DNA from: Camelus ferus
Taxonomy: Eukaryota
Length of the DNA: 64,000 nt
Assembly: GCF_009834535.1 (NCBI RefSeq)
Contig: NC_045697.1
Coordinates: forward strand, 73,348,001-73,412,000
Direction of reading: 5' to 3'
Shown here: one piece after another, positions 39,874-55,500 of the stretch
Position numbering within the stretch: the first letter of the stretch is position 1
Layout: the number at the start of each line of letters is the position of its first letter
Notes under the pieces: generated by a model
Databases searched by the model: none
What the model was told of the DNA's origin: nothing
The model's input: the letters and a program-made list of their open reading frames with translations, nothing else
Made by a program: the position numbers and the translations under genes

Positions 39874-40116
39874 AATCTCTCTAAATCTTTACCCAAAGTT
39901 TGTGGCAGCAGAGAATGAATCCAAGATGGAGCCAGCACTCAAATCCCATTTGGATACTGTGTTTTGTGAAATATTACAGAGAAAAAATTCTATATTTTAT
40001 GTAGTATAACAAAGTAACACTTAGAACGAGCCATTAGAAAGTCTAATGGTAAAACAAATATTCACTTAGCAAAATTTTATTAAATTTGTCAAACATCTTT
40101 ATGTAATCTCTCATTT

Positions 40117-40330
40117 AGTGATTCACAACCTGGAATGTTACCTGTCACTCTATGAAGCATCTGAAAATAAGTGGGGCATTCAGATCATCACAGTGACTGA
40201 GATGTATTACTTTCATATTGTTGGCAGTGACCAAGGATGTAAATATCTTGTGTATATTCCTGGAAATCTAGCCTCATAAAGAACTGGTTTACATGAAATG
40301 TCATTGGTACTCCAACTGAGAAATACAGTA
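40117..40330. mobile_element. MER20-like hAT DNA transposon remnant
   Basis: tagtgattcacaacc ... ctgagaaatac ends; internal ccaaggatg motif. Confidence 0.45.
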
Positions 40331-40545
40331 TAGATGCAGATACGCTGCTAGACTAAACATAACCTCATGGTTTTACATGTTACTTAGTAGGACTCAGTCT
40401 ATAACAAAGCAGTTACTTCTGCATCCATCACCTACAACTCTGGCTATGTAAGTATATTCTACAGTATTCAAGCTGGCATATTCAATATCAAGAACAGAAA
40501 GTCTAAACAATCCCTTGCTATGGGAAATCAGAAAAAAAAAAAAAG

Positions 40546-40771
40546 CCTAGAGTTTGGGATTAGCATATACACACTACTATATATAAAATAGACAAACAAA
40601 AAGGACCTACTATATAGCACAGGGAACTATATTCCATATCTCTAATAACCTATAAGCAAAAAGAATCTAAAAAAGAATATATATATGTATATGTATAACA
40701 AAACACTTTGCTGTATACCTGAAACTAATACAAATTGTAAATCAACTATATTTCAATAAAATTTTTAAAAA
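40546..40771 (+). mobile_element. L1 3' UTR fragment
   Basis: gagtttgggattagc...aaggacctactatatagcacagggaactatatt...aataaa. Confidence 0.87.
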
Positions 40772-43700
40772 GACTTGCTCCTTTCTAGGATATACTTCTG
40801 ATCGGCTGAGAACTCCTGTTTTCAAGAAAATGCACACAACCAAGAAAACAAGCTGCTCAGACCCAGAGAACAAAGCTCACGTAGGCCACAGACAGACACG
40901 TGCATACAAACACACAGTTACCCGCACACAACTCGTTATGCAAATAAGACTGAGACAGGCTCTGTTTACTAAAAGAAAAATTCTCTGAGAAGTGGAGCTG
41001 GAATAAAAATGTAAATGATAATCCATAGGAATGATGTTGGGTATCCTCTAGATACAGACACTGAGGGCTAAGAGATGCATAGTCATTATCACGATGTAAA
41101 TAGCAGGGCTAGTGAAAATTTCCCAACCCGGTAAGAACTTCTGCCAGCTAAAATTGTTTTTAGCTATTTGTAAAAGTGCTATTGTGCTGTATTGTTAGTG
41201 GGATGGAGGTTTAGACATTCACATCATCACGTGGAAGAAGTTATACCTGCCTGGACTAACAGCTGTAACATAATTTTTCTGACTAGCATTGGGTGGATTT
41301 GTGGAATATAAGAACAGAGGACAATTAGAATGCTCCCCTCCTCTTTTCAATGTGCATTTATGAAGAAGAATACAAGAGCCTTTCTTTACATCTGATTCAA
41401 CAGTTCTCTTAAAGACCTTATTGCAAAGTGACTATTTAATTAGAAATTTTACTTAATATCAGAATAATTTTCATCTAGGAAAGATTTTAAGGCAAAATTC
41501 TTATTTTGAAATCCATATAAATAGATTAAAGTGCCTCCTTGATCCTAGGACTATGTTCCAACTTCTATGTGCTATTCTACATGCTAAAATTCTCAAAAAT
41601 TAGTATCCTTTTTTTCCCTTTTTGCACTAGCAACTGAAGGAAAATACTGTTCTATCGGGGACATTCCCGCCAAAAGCACAGACTGCAGAGAGTATCATCA
41701 GTACAGCCCCAAATATCAAAATCATGTTTACAGCAGATAATCCTACTCTTACTGTTATGCTTTAAACTATTAATAGTATTTGAATACTATCCCACGGTCA
41801 AACAGATCATTAGTCCAGTTTGAGGACCCAAAAGCCTAATGCTCTAGACTATCCAGAGAGCCAAGTTACTTTCTCATCATTTCTATGCCATATGAACCAT
41901 AAGTGAACTCTGAAGCTCCTTAGCTTTGAGATATTAGATATTACCAAAAGAGATGGGATTGGGACCATCAGTTAATTTCATAAGTTGCCCAGGAGTGAGG
42001 CAGAACTGCTCTCTACCCTAGGCTGTACTCCTTGCTGAGTTAGTCTTCTAACCTCTCTAACCCTCATTTTTCTCGATGAAATTCACCATATGAAAATGAC
42101 GACTTCCAGCTTAAGATTCTCTAGTGTGAAAAAAAAATCCTTATTTTACCGAACTTTCCATATAAATTCCAATTTATATTATATTTATAAAGGAAGAGAC
42201 TGATAGATTTTTACCACTCAGATAAAATAAAACATTCTCTATGCCATGTAAATAAAAATAAATTACTCTATGCCCAAAAAATATAAACAAAAAAAGGCAA
42301 CCTCCCAAATGTAAAAATATTTATAAGAAATATGCCAAAGCAAAATTATATTTATATATGAAAAAACTCACACAAATTCAAAAGAAAATTATGACTCATA
42401 TTTTTAAAAATAAGTAGAAAATATAAAAAAAGACTCACAAAAGGCAAAATTTTATGGCTAGTAAACTTATGAATAAAAGCACTAGACTGCCTGAAAAAGT
42501 AACTAGTTCCCTTTTCCCATTCTCCACTTCCCCATACTTCAAGACTTTTCTAATTTCAATTTCTTCTCACCGCTTCCTTCTGCACCTAGTCCGTGTCTCA
42601 AGTAATTGTGTCTTCTCCCTCTCGATTGAGGAAATAGAAGGAATAAAGCCAATGAGAAGCAGGCCAATGATATTGGGCATCTAGCTTCTCATGACTGAGT
42701 CTGAAAACCCCCAGAGGGGAGGGTAGGAACACATGGCACTTCTTATGACTAGGTTTGCAGCTAACATACTGTCATTTTGCCCATACTGCATTGGCCAAAG
42801 CAAGTCATCTGGCCAAGTCGAATCCATGTGTTGGGAAAAGTATGCTGTCTCTAAAGGAAAGAATATAAAGTCACAGTGGTGTGAATACAGCAGCGGGCAA
42901 AGAATTGAGAACAGAAGGGCTACTGACCACAGTTAGACAGTTGTTCAAAGGAGAGAACAGGAAAGATATGGTTTGGGTTTTTACAAAAATCAGCCTAGTG
43001 GGGAGATGGAAATTATAAGTAGATAGGTGTGGAGTACAGATACATTCCAGGTTTGAGAATCATAAGTACTTAGTGGATACCTGACATCACTTTTGAGGAT
43101 AAGTTCTACAAGAGAGAATCAAAAGATCCAAGGACAGAATCACATATTTAAGAGATGGACTCGGATTAAGATCTCTTGAAAGAGATGGCAAAGGAACGTC
43201 CAGTGAGATAAAAATAAAACCATGAGAGTGAAAAAATAACCAAAATCAAGAAGGAAGTAACCTTTCAGAAGGCAATTAATATACCAAAGTCCTGCCAAGA
43301 GTTCAAGAAGCCTGCGGGCTGACAAGCGTCCACTTGATGTGACCGTTAAGATGTGCTGCTGCTGCTGCTGCTGGTGTCAGCGGCGGGGTGGGGCTGGATT
43401 CTAGACTGAGTGGGCGGAGGAAGAAGAAACAGTGACTGTGATCTACTCAGTTCATAAGCCCAGTTATGAGGGGAATGAAAATGACAGGAAAACTGAAAAG
43501 GCTCGATTGAAGAGATCGAAGAGAAGAAAGGTCAGAAGGTGAAGCAGAGCATAAGACCATCTATGAGCAAGCCGCTCTTTTCTTCCCAATTCTCATTTTC
43601 TGTTTTCTATCCCTTTCAAGCTTCTTTGTCACTTAGAGTTCCTCAGATGGGCCACGCTGTGTCACATGCACAGGCCATTTTGTGTGCTTTTTCCTGCTAG

Positions 43701-44834
43701 AAATCATTTTCACAGTGAGGCCATATTGTATCCCTATGTATCTTTACAGGGACAAGCACAAACATTTATGGATACTTGCTATGCACTAGGCATGGTGTTC
43801 AGGGCAGTAAGTCAATGGCCTTAATGAACTGTCTTGGAAATTCTAATATAGGCTTAATTATCCCAAATTCACAGGTGAAAACTGGATTTAGAAAGGTTTA
43901 ACAACGCGCCCCGATACGCATCTTGTACAAGGTAGGTCAGAAAACTGAACTGATGACTGACTTCAAAGCCTGTGTTCTAGTTTCAGCTTAATTAAACACC
44001 TACTTTCTTGCCAGTCCTCCCGTATACCAAGGGTGCGAGCCTTCCTCTGAGTGGTGGGGAAGACAAAGAGGTTTTGCCGCCTAACGGGTTGGTGTTGACC
44101 TTTCCCACCTTTGCAACACTGACACGCTTCGCAAATGTCCATTCTAGCACTTATTACAGCATATTGTAACATTAAAAAAATACAAAGAGTACGCTCACAG
44201 GCAATAAGGAGCCGTACAAGTATTTGAGTATCTAAGTAGGGAATGACATATCACTTAGACAGCTGAGAGAGAAAACACATATGCTAATAGGGAGGGTGAA
44301 TGGGAAAGGAGGAGACTCGAGGCAGAGATGAAGTAATAATTTCTAAATCCAAGTGAGGGAAATGAGGGCTGAACTACAGGGATCAGAGAGAGGCTAGAAA
44401 TGAGAGGCAAGAATGGAGGGAGGTTTAAGAAGCAGAAGCACTAGGACTTGGCCAGTTGGATAGGGAGAGACCGATGACAGAGCTTTCTAGCTGAATGGCT
44501 TGGTGTATCTCAATGAAAACGGAAACATCGGCGAGAGAACAGATTTGAGAAGGAAGTGTGGAGCCAACTATGAAATATGTGTGAGACACGGAGGAGAGGG
44601 AAAGAGACCACAACAAAGAGATCCCAAGTCAGCATGCTTACAACCCAGCCTGAAAATTCTGTGTCTAATACTCATCTGATATCCAGGAAGTTTTAGTTCC
44701 TAATTACCTATGGACTTTGACTCAGAAGGAGCTGGCAACCAAACGTGTTTCTGTACAAGACTGCTCAACACAACACCATTTCTCAAGGTTTCCCAGGACA
44801 AGATAAAAATGTTCTCTTCAAAAATATTGCATTT

Positions 44835-45440
44835 TGCTCTTCCTGTAAGCAGCCGGTGGTGATCTCTGAAATCAGTTTGCTATTTATTTGACCCAGAGAA
44901 CCCCAGCAAATCATGCAAATCAAGAGTTTAAATCATTGTGGTCATTTTGAGAGCACCTGTGAAACTGCCCAGACTATCTGAAAAGCCACCAAGTATCTGA
45001 AAGACATCACTTTGCAGAAGCAAGTGTGTGCCGTTCTATCACTACAGTGGTGGAGTTGGTACATTTGTCCAGACAAAACAGTGGGGCTGCACATAGGGTC
45101 AGGGGCCCAAAAAGAATGCTGAATTTTTGCTGCACTTACTTAAAAATGCAGAGTAATACTGAACTTAATGGCTTAGATGTAAATTCTCTAATCATTAAGC
45201 ACATCCAGGTGAACAAAGCCCCTTAGATATGCTTCCTACTCCAGAACTCATGGGTGGATTAACCCTTACATGAGCTCCACCTGCCAAAGCGAGATGCTCT
45301 TACTGAAAAAGAACCACTCGTTCTTAAATCACAAGACCAGGTTGCACAGAAGAATATACCTCTAAAGAAACAGAAGAAACCGAAACATATATCCTGGGAA
45401 TAAATACAGCACAACGCAAATGCAAATAAAAGTTAAAAAA
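44835..45440 (+). pseudogene. RPL17: Processed pseudogene of ribosomal protein L17 (uL22)
   Basis: Intronless, frameshifted segments [59 protein letters not shown]; pyrimidine-rich 5' leader, AATAAA and a short A tail. Confidence 0.92.
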
Positions 45441-47059
45441 TTATTTTAGTTAGAAACTTTTAAATTGCTATTTTATTTTAGTTTGGGGTTGCTGAAATGA
45501 AATATATTTAATACCCATTAGCATCACTTCTACCCAATGGTTTTGTAGTTTTTCAATAACGACGTAATAATCTGGGTGTTGCTTTCTGGATTTCTTTGGT
45601 ATCCAAAAAACTAGGAGAGTCCTGTAAGTTTGCCAGTGAACCTCAGGGAACACACAACTGCTATTTGGGAAAGGAGAGAGCATTTCATAACTCTGGCTGA
45701 TATCACGTCAGCATTTTGAGACATGAAATGACACCACATCCCACACAGTCGTATTTATCACTTTCCTCTCCTGATATTGACATTGTTTGCAACTTGGAAG
45801 TCCTATGGTGCTATGTTGAAGTTTAAAAATTAAAAAAATTAAGAAAAGAAGGAAGGGTAATATCAATGATTTTTCAATCTACTTCTATATTTTTTGTCAA
45901 ATATTAACCATGAGAAAAAACACTGAAGCATCTTCTCTGTGAAGGATGCTATATTCATTCCCATATGTATCAGTGGAATTCCTGCATCTCCCAGTGAAGT
46001 GGTTAAGGTGTGTGGAGGAGACGTATAAGATGTGAAGTTGTCTCTGCCGAGGTTTCAGCAGTGGGAGTCTGGTCATTAGTGCTCTCTAGTGGAGCAGGAA
46101 TTTTGTGCCTTATCTTCAGACATCACACAGAAAGCTGTTTCTAGCAAATCTTTTACATCACTCAGCAGTAATGCTTACCATCTTTATACGGTATAGTATG
46201 ATGCTGAATGTGAAGTCACAAGGTGTTGGCAGTGAGTTTTTAATCATTCTGAACTTGGTGTGAAATTAGCTCATTTTTAATCTAACCTATTTTGAAAGTG
46301 ATGTTTTATTCTGTTACTTTGTCGGGGGCCACGCATATGCACATTCGTCTTTCCTGCTCTAGGAAACACTATACAATATAACTTTAGCACCAGATCTTAT
46401 TGTTTTAGCATCCTGGATACTCTCCTTTACTACTCTTAAAATAGAGGCAATTGTTCTTTTTAATTTATTAAATTATAGACATTTATTACTCAAATTGTAA
46501 AGAAGTAAAAATTATAGTAGACAAGAAAGAATAATTTGTGAGTCCTAATCAATTAAATTACTTGGTTAACACTACATTTCTTAGATTAATCTGAGTCTGA
46601 CTTGAGGGAAAAAAATCAAAATCTTTTCTGGCAAAATTTATCTGGAAGAATATCTTTGGTACTAACTTAACCAAAGTGCTCAGATTTTTCCAAATTGACT
46701 TCCAGTTGGAATATACCAAAATTCAGCACTTTGGTGAAAAACTCAAATAAATGGTATGAAAACAAATACATAAAGATGTTTTTTGAAATGTAAAACCATT
46801 CTTGTGTGGAAGAATACCAGTAGAAAAATTGTATTTTGGAAAATTTTTGTCATTTACACATTATAAAGCCAACTGGTGAATTTTCAGTTATCAAGCAAAT
46901 TTTGATGCCTAAATTTTCAATCCAGTGTGGTAGACAACAGTGTCTCTCTAGCTCTACAACATCTACACCTATAGCTATATCTGTATCCATCTATCAGTAT
47001 GTAAAATAAAAGTGATGAATGAATGTGAATAAGAGACTCTGAACTGATTCAAAATGTAC

Positions 47060-47132
47060 ATAGATAGAAACATAGATCAGTAGATAGATAGATAGATAGA
47101 TAGATACATAGATATATAGGTACATAGATAGA
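47060..47132. repeat. Degenerate (GATA)n repeat
   Basis: Direct observation. Confidence 0.8.
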
Positions 47133-50100
47133 GGGATATAAACTTTGAACCAGTTCAGAGTTTCTTACATGCACTCTCATTCATTACACTTGTTTTCTGT
47201 ATTGCTATTGCTAAGAGAGCTTCTAATAAAAGCTCTTACATCCTGTGCAGCAGTACAACAGTGCAGCTCCATCCTTTTACTCACCTTTTTCCTATCACCA
47301 AGAAGCTACTGTAGTCCTTCCTCTTGGGCAAATAAATGGATTCTATAGAACACAGCTTGTAAAGGAGAAAGCAATGGTGTGCAATGGATTTGAAAGACAA
47401 GGCAGAGGTTTAACAGGAATAAAAAATTTGATGGTTGGAGGACCAGGATAGAGAGGAAGAGGTAGAGGTAAGACTTGGGTTGGACTTTGCAAAAGACAAG
47501 AGCCAGCCCAGGGCAAGGGTGGGGCGAAGGGGCAGGCAGGCGGATGGAGTGTAGCCTGATAACTGTGGACAGGAAAGGGCTGTTTAAAGAAACGTGACTA
47601 CCACCAAAAGGCTATCACTTAAAAAAAAAAGATTGGTTTCCCTCCTACATTAGCTGACAAAACCAAGTATCCTGGACCTTGGACATCTAGTGATCTCTGT
47701 TTTTAAACAACTTTCACATCAAGGTACTTCTGCTGTTTGAACAACAATGCTCACCTGAAGGCCAGCTCCACTGTATAAACAGCATGCAAGAGCAGTTCGC
47801 CCGGTGCTGCATTTCACACTGACAGTGCGGCTGGCTACTTTGCCAACTACCGTGTTTTATTAACACAGCCTACCCCTCACCTCAGAATATCCCATTCTAG
47901 TGCTCCTATATTGTTTAGGCCAAGTATTTCACCCTAGCTACATCTGCAATTTTACTATAAATAATTATCTATAGGAATGTGGTTCAGATCAACTGTCAGG
48001 TCACACTACAGACTGTTTTAAAGCCAACACTAATAGGAGTTGAACTCCTAGCTTTTCTTAGCATGAAATTTTCTTGATCTCCTCCAGCTTATTCAGCCAT
48101 ATTAGAAACCCTGATGACAGAAAGTTATTAATTCTGTGGCTTTCACCTACAACTCCCACCATCTGGAAAGATTTTTTTTCCCCAGTGCTCTATCTAAGTA
48201 GGACCAGGCAGGATCCCATACTCTGTGGGCAGCCCTTCGCCAGCACCTATGAGCATCAGATGTTACTTTGGATAGAGTATCCTAAGTGGGAAAAGTTTTC
48301 CTCTTGTTCCAAAAAGAATCCGACAACTTTCATATACTTAGGTGCTATGATTAATGGCAGCTGAGGCTGGGGCAGGTTCCTCTAGAACTTAGTGAACTAT
48401 ATTTATCCAAAGATGGGAGCTGGGATCCCAACTCAATGTTTAATTCCACCCCCGCCTCCTGATGACCAGGAGAGATAAATCATAGTCTCAGAAGCAGACT
48501 GGTATTTTTAAAAATCCACAGAACAACAACAAAAAGTGCTGCAGAATATCAAAAATATGCTGGGTGAAAAGAATGATTCCTCGAACCCTATCTGCTGATA
48601 CATATTTTCTTCTACAGCCACTGATCTTGGTTTGGTTTCCTCTTGTATCAGAGGGTACAGGGAAATTGCTTCAAAAAGACTCCTAGCAGCCTCTTCTTTC
48701 TGCCTGCTCTTAGATCTCCTTCTCAGGTCGTGAAAGGAGTTCTTTTGCCTGTGGCTCATCTTCTTACGTTGCACCACCCAGAATTCTGCTTCTGCCCTGT
48801 TTCCACATTGTGGAAGATATGAGTCCTTTTTGGAGAGACACTGTGGCAATTCAAGATAGGCTGTTTGCAAAGATAAAAGATAGCAAGCACAACTGACGTA
48901 GGTAAGATGCAAGTTAGCTATTAAAATACATAATTTGATGATAGAAACTATAGTTGCTTATGTTATACAATATTGGTGAAATTCTTATGGTTTTACTAAG
49001 GTTGTATGGTTGCTTCCTAAGTGAGAATTGTTATAAAAATATGTATAAGTGTGGTATAAGTACAAATTTCAAATGGTTGAAATAGTAGCTATAAGATATA
49101 TTGGCAAAATTTTGATGGCAACCAGTATATTGTTGTTAATATATTAGATACTCTGCTGTCGGCTAAACTCAATAAAGTGGTAGAGCTTACTGACATTGCT
49201 GTTTTCATTATGCAGAAATATCTCAAGGATGTGGGTACAGAATATAATAAATAGGCATTCGGGACTGGAAGAGGAATACAACGAATGTGAAGTTGGACAG
49301 GAAGTATAGTAAAATCATTTATGCACCTGATGATTAAGTTCTACATGTACAAGGAACTGGGGTTTCATTGGCCATGACATGATTCAGAAATGAGTATTTT
49401 TGTTCATACAAACAGGACACTAATCTCAGTGATAGATCATATTCATGCAGCTAATTCCTGCAGCTTGCTAAATGTATGAAGATGAATGCTTATCTGAGAT
49501 TCAAATATAACAACAGTAACAAAGAGCCTATCATCACTTTTTTCCAATAATCTCTAAATACTGGATTACAGTGTAATTTCACATTAACATACAACTGCAA
49601 CGTTAATGTGGCAATGCTCCCAACATGACTCTTTCCTGCCACAAAGTTACAAAAGTCATCCTCTGATTTCAGGAAAAGCAGAATTGAACTATAATTAATT
49701 TCTAATGTTTCTGTGATCTGTGTAAGTGTTGTTGTGAAGGAACAATTTCCAGAGATGAGGATGTACCTAAAAGAAGAGATGCCCGATGAGGCTGGAAGCT
49801 CCAGATCATGCAGGTAGGCTGGGAACAACAACAAATGATGGCAGGCGCACCTAAAGAGAAAAGAGAGCCTGAAGAGAGGAAGAGGGGAAAAGAAAGAATC
49901 CAAGTGTTGAACGGGTTGGGGCATACTACTTTGGAGGACTGAGGGAGATGCTCAGGAGTGTAAGTGACGCTTATCAGGCATTCAGTTAGCAAGGCCCTGA
50001 AAATTGCAACAGCTCAGATGTTAAGTAGTTAGAAATAGATCATTACAGACCTGAAGTGGTAGTAAGGGGGAGCATTTCAAACCCAGACAGAATAGAAGAG

Positions 50101-50599
50101 GGGAAAGTCTATCCTGAATTGCCGTCTCTCTCCCAGAAGGGCTCTTACATTTCTATGGCATGGGAACTGGACAGAGGCAGAAATCTAGGACACACAATGC
50201 AAGAACCAGATAAGCCACAGGTAGAAGAGCTTAACTTGTGTAGAAGAGACTCAAGAGTAAGCAGGAAGATGAGGCTGCCAAGCAACTTCCCCATATCTTT
50301 ATTACAAAGGTAGTGAGGGAAGGAGACAGAGTAGTCAGACTCGGTTTAGAAATAGAAGTAAAGTAAACTAGGAGGACAGAACAATAATACAGAGAAAGAG
50401 AGCCTGGACTATATTTAACAAATCTAGGTCAACAGAATTGATTGACTTTGAAATGAATATTTATATTCACTATATATATATATGTAATTGTATATAGATA
50501 TGTACTTTTACTCAGATCTTTATAGGACATGCCCAAGTACGGTGATTCGCTTATGATGTTCTGCTAATTATATCTATATTCTTCTCCTTATTAAAAAAA

Positions 50600-51750
50600 A
50601 TAAAGTCTCTTTCTGAATAAAAAAGTAAAATGTGCTTGTTGGAGCACCTTTGAAAACTATGTAAACATTTTTTAAAAAATCAAAATAACCTGTAATGCTA
50701 TATATAACTATTTAGTATATAACTGCTGTATACATTTTGCTTTATTTCCTTCCTGTCTTTTTTCTATACATTTGTTTTTCTGAATTAAGGGCATAGTGAT
50801 TACAAGTTTATTTCCTTTTTAAAAAAATTACATAACTAATTTATCATATTAAAGTCTCTATTTTAAAAATAGCAATTCTAATGGATGCATGATTCTCCAC
50901 CCTATGACTACACAAAAATTGTCTTTTTTTCCCCTTTATTTTTATAAAGTTAGATTTCTTCATCACCAATTTTTGCTTTTAGGAAAATTACTATCATAAT
51001 TTTTTTTTATTTATACAAGGACATCTATGTATTTGAAACTGCTGCTTTCTTTTGAAATGCAAATGATTCCCAGATGTTAAATTATTGCATCAAAAATACA
51101 GGAATACTTTTTTTAAATTTAGTACATATATTTTTAAATTGTTTTAGGAGAAAAATGAGTTTCCTGCTCACTACAGCCCTAGTTTTTAAATTATTATTAT
51201 TCTAAATTAAATTATGTTAAATTTATTACATTATATTTTAGTATTTACTGATTAAGTTTAATAACAATTATTAAAAATTTAAAATTATTATTATTCTACT
51301 TTGGTAATTTAAAAGAAGTAAAATTCTACTGTGTAAATCTATATTTCTTAAATCAATAGAATTTAACATTTTCTCTAGATTTTGTAAGCTTCTTTATGTT
51401 TTTTGCACCATGTTTGCTCAGTTACTTTATGATTACATGGTAAGGAAATTAATTCATTGCAGCTCTACTCCTGTTAAATAATATCTATCATGTGTGTTTC
51501 TTTTTAAAATTATGTTTGTAATGTTTTGTGCCATTTAGAAATTTCAAATTTTTATGTGATCAAGTTTATACAGTTTCCCTGTGATTTTTCCCCATTGCTT
51601 TTAAGTTTAGAAAATTATCAGCCAGACTCACAGTCAAAACATATACACATATTTTTTTCTGGGTTTCAATACTTTGATTTTTAAAAAATATTTAACTATA
51701 TAAAACTAAAATTTATTGTGGTATAAAGTATAATTCTAAACTACTTTCTG
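50600..51750 (-). mobile_element. Old L1 (L1M-type) remnant
   Basis: T-rich degenerate L1 antisense motifs (aaatttttatgtgatcaagttt, ttgcttttaagtttagaaa). Confidence 0.45.
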
Positions 51751-51757
51751 TATTTCC

Positions 51758-52560
51758 TGTTCATTCATTTAATAAATATTTATTTGAATTTACTAGGTGT
51801 CACACTCTATATTAAGCTGTCAGAATATCAGTGAACAAAACAAAGATCTTTGTCCTAAAGGAGCTTACATCCTAGCCAGAGGGATAGCTGTCTAACTAAT
51901 TAACCATCTATCTATCAACCTATCTATATCTATCCATCCATCATCTATCTCTATATATTATAAATATATTTTTTCCTCAATGTTGAATGTTCTCAATGAA
52001 GTAGGAAGCAAAATCAACTAGCATTAGATGGGGAAGGATGGGCTGGGTTTGAGGGGAGAGGAGGAAGCAGGAAATTGTCATGTAGGAGGATGACAGAATA
52101 AAGAAACTAGGGAAATACAGTATGCTTTCCCAGCAGCCTGGATATCCTACTTGAGCTTAGTAACCATCAATGTAAAGAAAATGCTTTCAGCAGGACTGTA
52201 TGCTTTTCTCCAACCACATTTAGCTGCATGGTGCCAGTATGAAGTAGGCAGTGAGTTGAATTTATTTGGGTCTGTGTTTTTTCCAAGTGAATACAAGGAA
52301 GTCAGGAAAGGCAAGGGAGTAGAGGATGTATATGCAAGGGAATGATGATGATGATAATGATGGTGCACAGAATTAAAGATGGTAACAAAAAGAGTGAAGG
52401 GATAAAGGGGATGAGGGGCAATTAAGTTAGTAGGAACAATCAATTGGTGGGGTTGAAGAACTATTGGAATAGGGGTACCAGAAGTGTTGCGCTGGAAAGG
52501 ACATTGAGGTTTTCAAGGAGTTGAAATTATTGGTAATGATAAGAAACTGGCATGACCCTA
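51758..52560 (-). mobile_element. L2 remnant
   Basis: ttcattcatttaataaatatttatt...gtgaacaaaacaaag...ggagcttacatcctag is the reverse complement of an L2 3' end. Confidence 0.7.
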
Positions 52561-55500
52561 AGAGTGAAAGTGAATGTCTCCTTAAAATTTTATTGGCCTC
52601 ACCATAGTCTCATCCTTGTGAAATACTGAAGTGGTCTAAAATAAGAAGACAGCATCAGTGCATAGAATAATAAAAAACTAAGAGATAAACGGTTGACATT
52701 TGAGAAGAAGGTTCTGAGGAATTGCAGACAGTAAAAATGGAGGGTAAAAGATACTGTGCTGTGATGACATGGGACACTTCAGGAAGAAGAAAGGGAGACT
52801 TGCCTGAAAGCAGCAATAAGCACGAACTCCACCTTCAGACCCAGTGGGATGATCCCAGAAAAAGGAAGTACAGACACAGGAAACAGAAGTGGAGTGATGG
52901 TGCTCAATGTTCAGAAGACTGGAAACTGGCCCTTGAGCTCCCCTACCTCCATCTGTCTCAGCCCTGTCTCTTTTTGTCTCAGCAATCTGCTGTCTGCTCT
53001 AGATTTCCCAGTTTGGCAAACCAATCATTCTGTTTCTCTGGCTCTCTACTGTTTCTCTTTATTCCCCAGCTGATGGCTTAATTTCCTCTCTGGCTTACCA
53101 CTTGTTTTGGAAAGTGCTTCTGGTCACTGACCTCTTTGTCTTGGCTCAGAAACATGCTTTGTATACATGCCTCAGTAGGCAGTCCTGTGGGTGTGTATTC
53201 TCCCCACATTCATGGGCTATGTATCTGGCCTCATTTTCCTCAACACTTATAACAAGTTAGCACCCTAACAAGTAACCAGCCATTTTTAACAAAATGATCT
53301 TGATTTCAATCACAGCAGAAATTTATATAACTTGATCTACTGTCCAGTTTGCTTCATGAAAATTTACAGTTGAGAGATGAAAATGGCAAAAAACTAAACT
53401 TCCACATTACTTTCTTAAAATAAAAATCATCACAGACCTTGATTCTCAGTCTATCTCTTTAAGGATTCCTACTAAAATTATCTCCCTTCAAACCTCCAGC
53501 CAAAAAAAGCATTCAACATTTTATTTCTTGTGAAATAAACATTTATTTCAAATAATATTTCAATATCTGGTTCATGTGGTTCCAGTTTTTGTTGTTGTTG
53601 TTTTTATCATTTTATACTAGGAAAGTCTCACATTGCATATCAGTAAGGTGTATGATTTCCAGTTAATTATAATGGTACTATTTTACTCTTGGACTTTTGA
53701 TAAGTACTGCAGTGCTTCTACTGTGCTTTTATTAGTTAGTTTTCAGATACCTGCTATCATCTCTGTAACCTTATTATCATCCAATAAATCATTCTTTAAA
53801 AAAAAAAAGAAACATATTTTCTGTCATATACATTTCAATGTATAGATTTTTTTTTCTGGATTAGGAACTTGCTTTACTGTTTGTTCAATCTAGTTTCTGT
53901 AGAGTCTCTTAACCCACCCTCATTTACCCAAATCACTGGTAACCAACACTCCATTCCTCTGTAAAACTCACCCAGGGCTCTCGGGCTGGTCAGCCACCCT
54001 CCCATAGGCTCAAGCACTCTGTGCCCTCCAGTTGAGTTGTAGGTTTACCAAGAGTCAGCTGAGTTTGCCCCCAAAGTTATTTTATTCAATCTCACTTGTT
54101 GTCATTTTAAATTTAAATAAACATTTTGTAAACCATTTAAGCATATGTGCAAAAATAAACACCACCAACAAAAAAACAATTTGTTTCTATGAAAATTAAA
54201 TTGAATGCTTTGAAAAGCCTCGATTAAGTTAAACTGTAATTTGTAGTTCAATTAGATGTGGACAGGAACCATCTGTAAGTTTGGGAAAGCTTTTGTTTCC
54301 TAAGGGCTTTACACTTTAACTCCACTTTAAAGAATTCACAACTGGAAATTACAAATGATGTCATATGAGTGTAATTTATTCCAAAAAATCGTTAAAGAAT
54401 TAAATAAAAGCTTTAACCTATATGTAGAGTTTGATGAAAAAATATGTCTTTATATACTTTAAGTTAAAATAAACATCAAAAAATGTGTTAGACTTCATTA
54501 TTTCCTATTTGAACTTATATTTTAAATTAACAAATCAACCAAAGTCTCCTACAGCATTGGATGGCATCTACTGTATGCTCCCCTCTATACCACAGCCTCC
54601 CTGAAACCCAGATTCAAGTCTGGTTCATCTGATTCCAAACCCTTTGCTTTTAACCACTATGGTAACATTATTCAATTCTTGCCTAACTCTTCATACCTTA
54701 AAAAACAAAGGACAACAAAAACAAAAACCTTTAGTTTTGTACTACCCTTTAGCCGAGACCCAGTTTTTCTCCTTTTCAAAGACAAGTTCCTCAAAAGAAT
54801 GGATTATGATCTCTTCCTGCATTCACTCCTTAGGCTGCAGAAGCAAAGAGTCTGGCAAACGACCCTGGCAAGGCCTGGGACTACTGTTGAGAAGTCCATC
54901 CATGACCCTTTCAATTAGACTTTCCCCATGGCTTCTTTTCACCCCATCTTATTTGATCTCACCACAGTATTTGAGACTGTTAGCTGTTTCCTTTATCTTT
55001 AAATCGTCTCCTCTCTTGGCAGTTCCTCCTCCATCTGTTTTTTCTCAAACTCTTTTGTAGGCTCACTAGTATGTTTACTTTTTGCAGGATTTGTCAATGG
55101 CTCTCTTATGTCCCTTTCTTTAATTTCTGATTATAAAAGTAAAATACGGCCATTATAGTACATTAGATATTAAACATTACCCTGAAAGTAACATAAAATA
55201 CAATCATGCATAATCATGCCACCTAGCAATTAGTACTGTCACAGACTGATACTTCCCCTGCTTTCTTTATGCCTAATATATTTAACAGAAATGAAATAAT
55301 ATCCACCTTGAGTTTTGTTTTCCACTTTTTAAATTAAGTACTGTTTTATATATTTTCCAACCAGTTTTATTAAATATTTTTTCAATGTGATTTTTATAGT
55401 TGGATGACATTAAATTATACAGATTTTGTACTGGTCTATTTAAGCATTCCTCCTTCCCTATTGTTTGACATTTTACTTGCTTCTATATACAAATACATTT

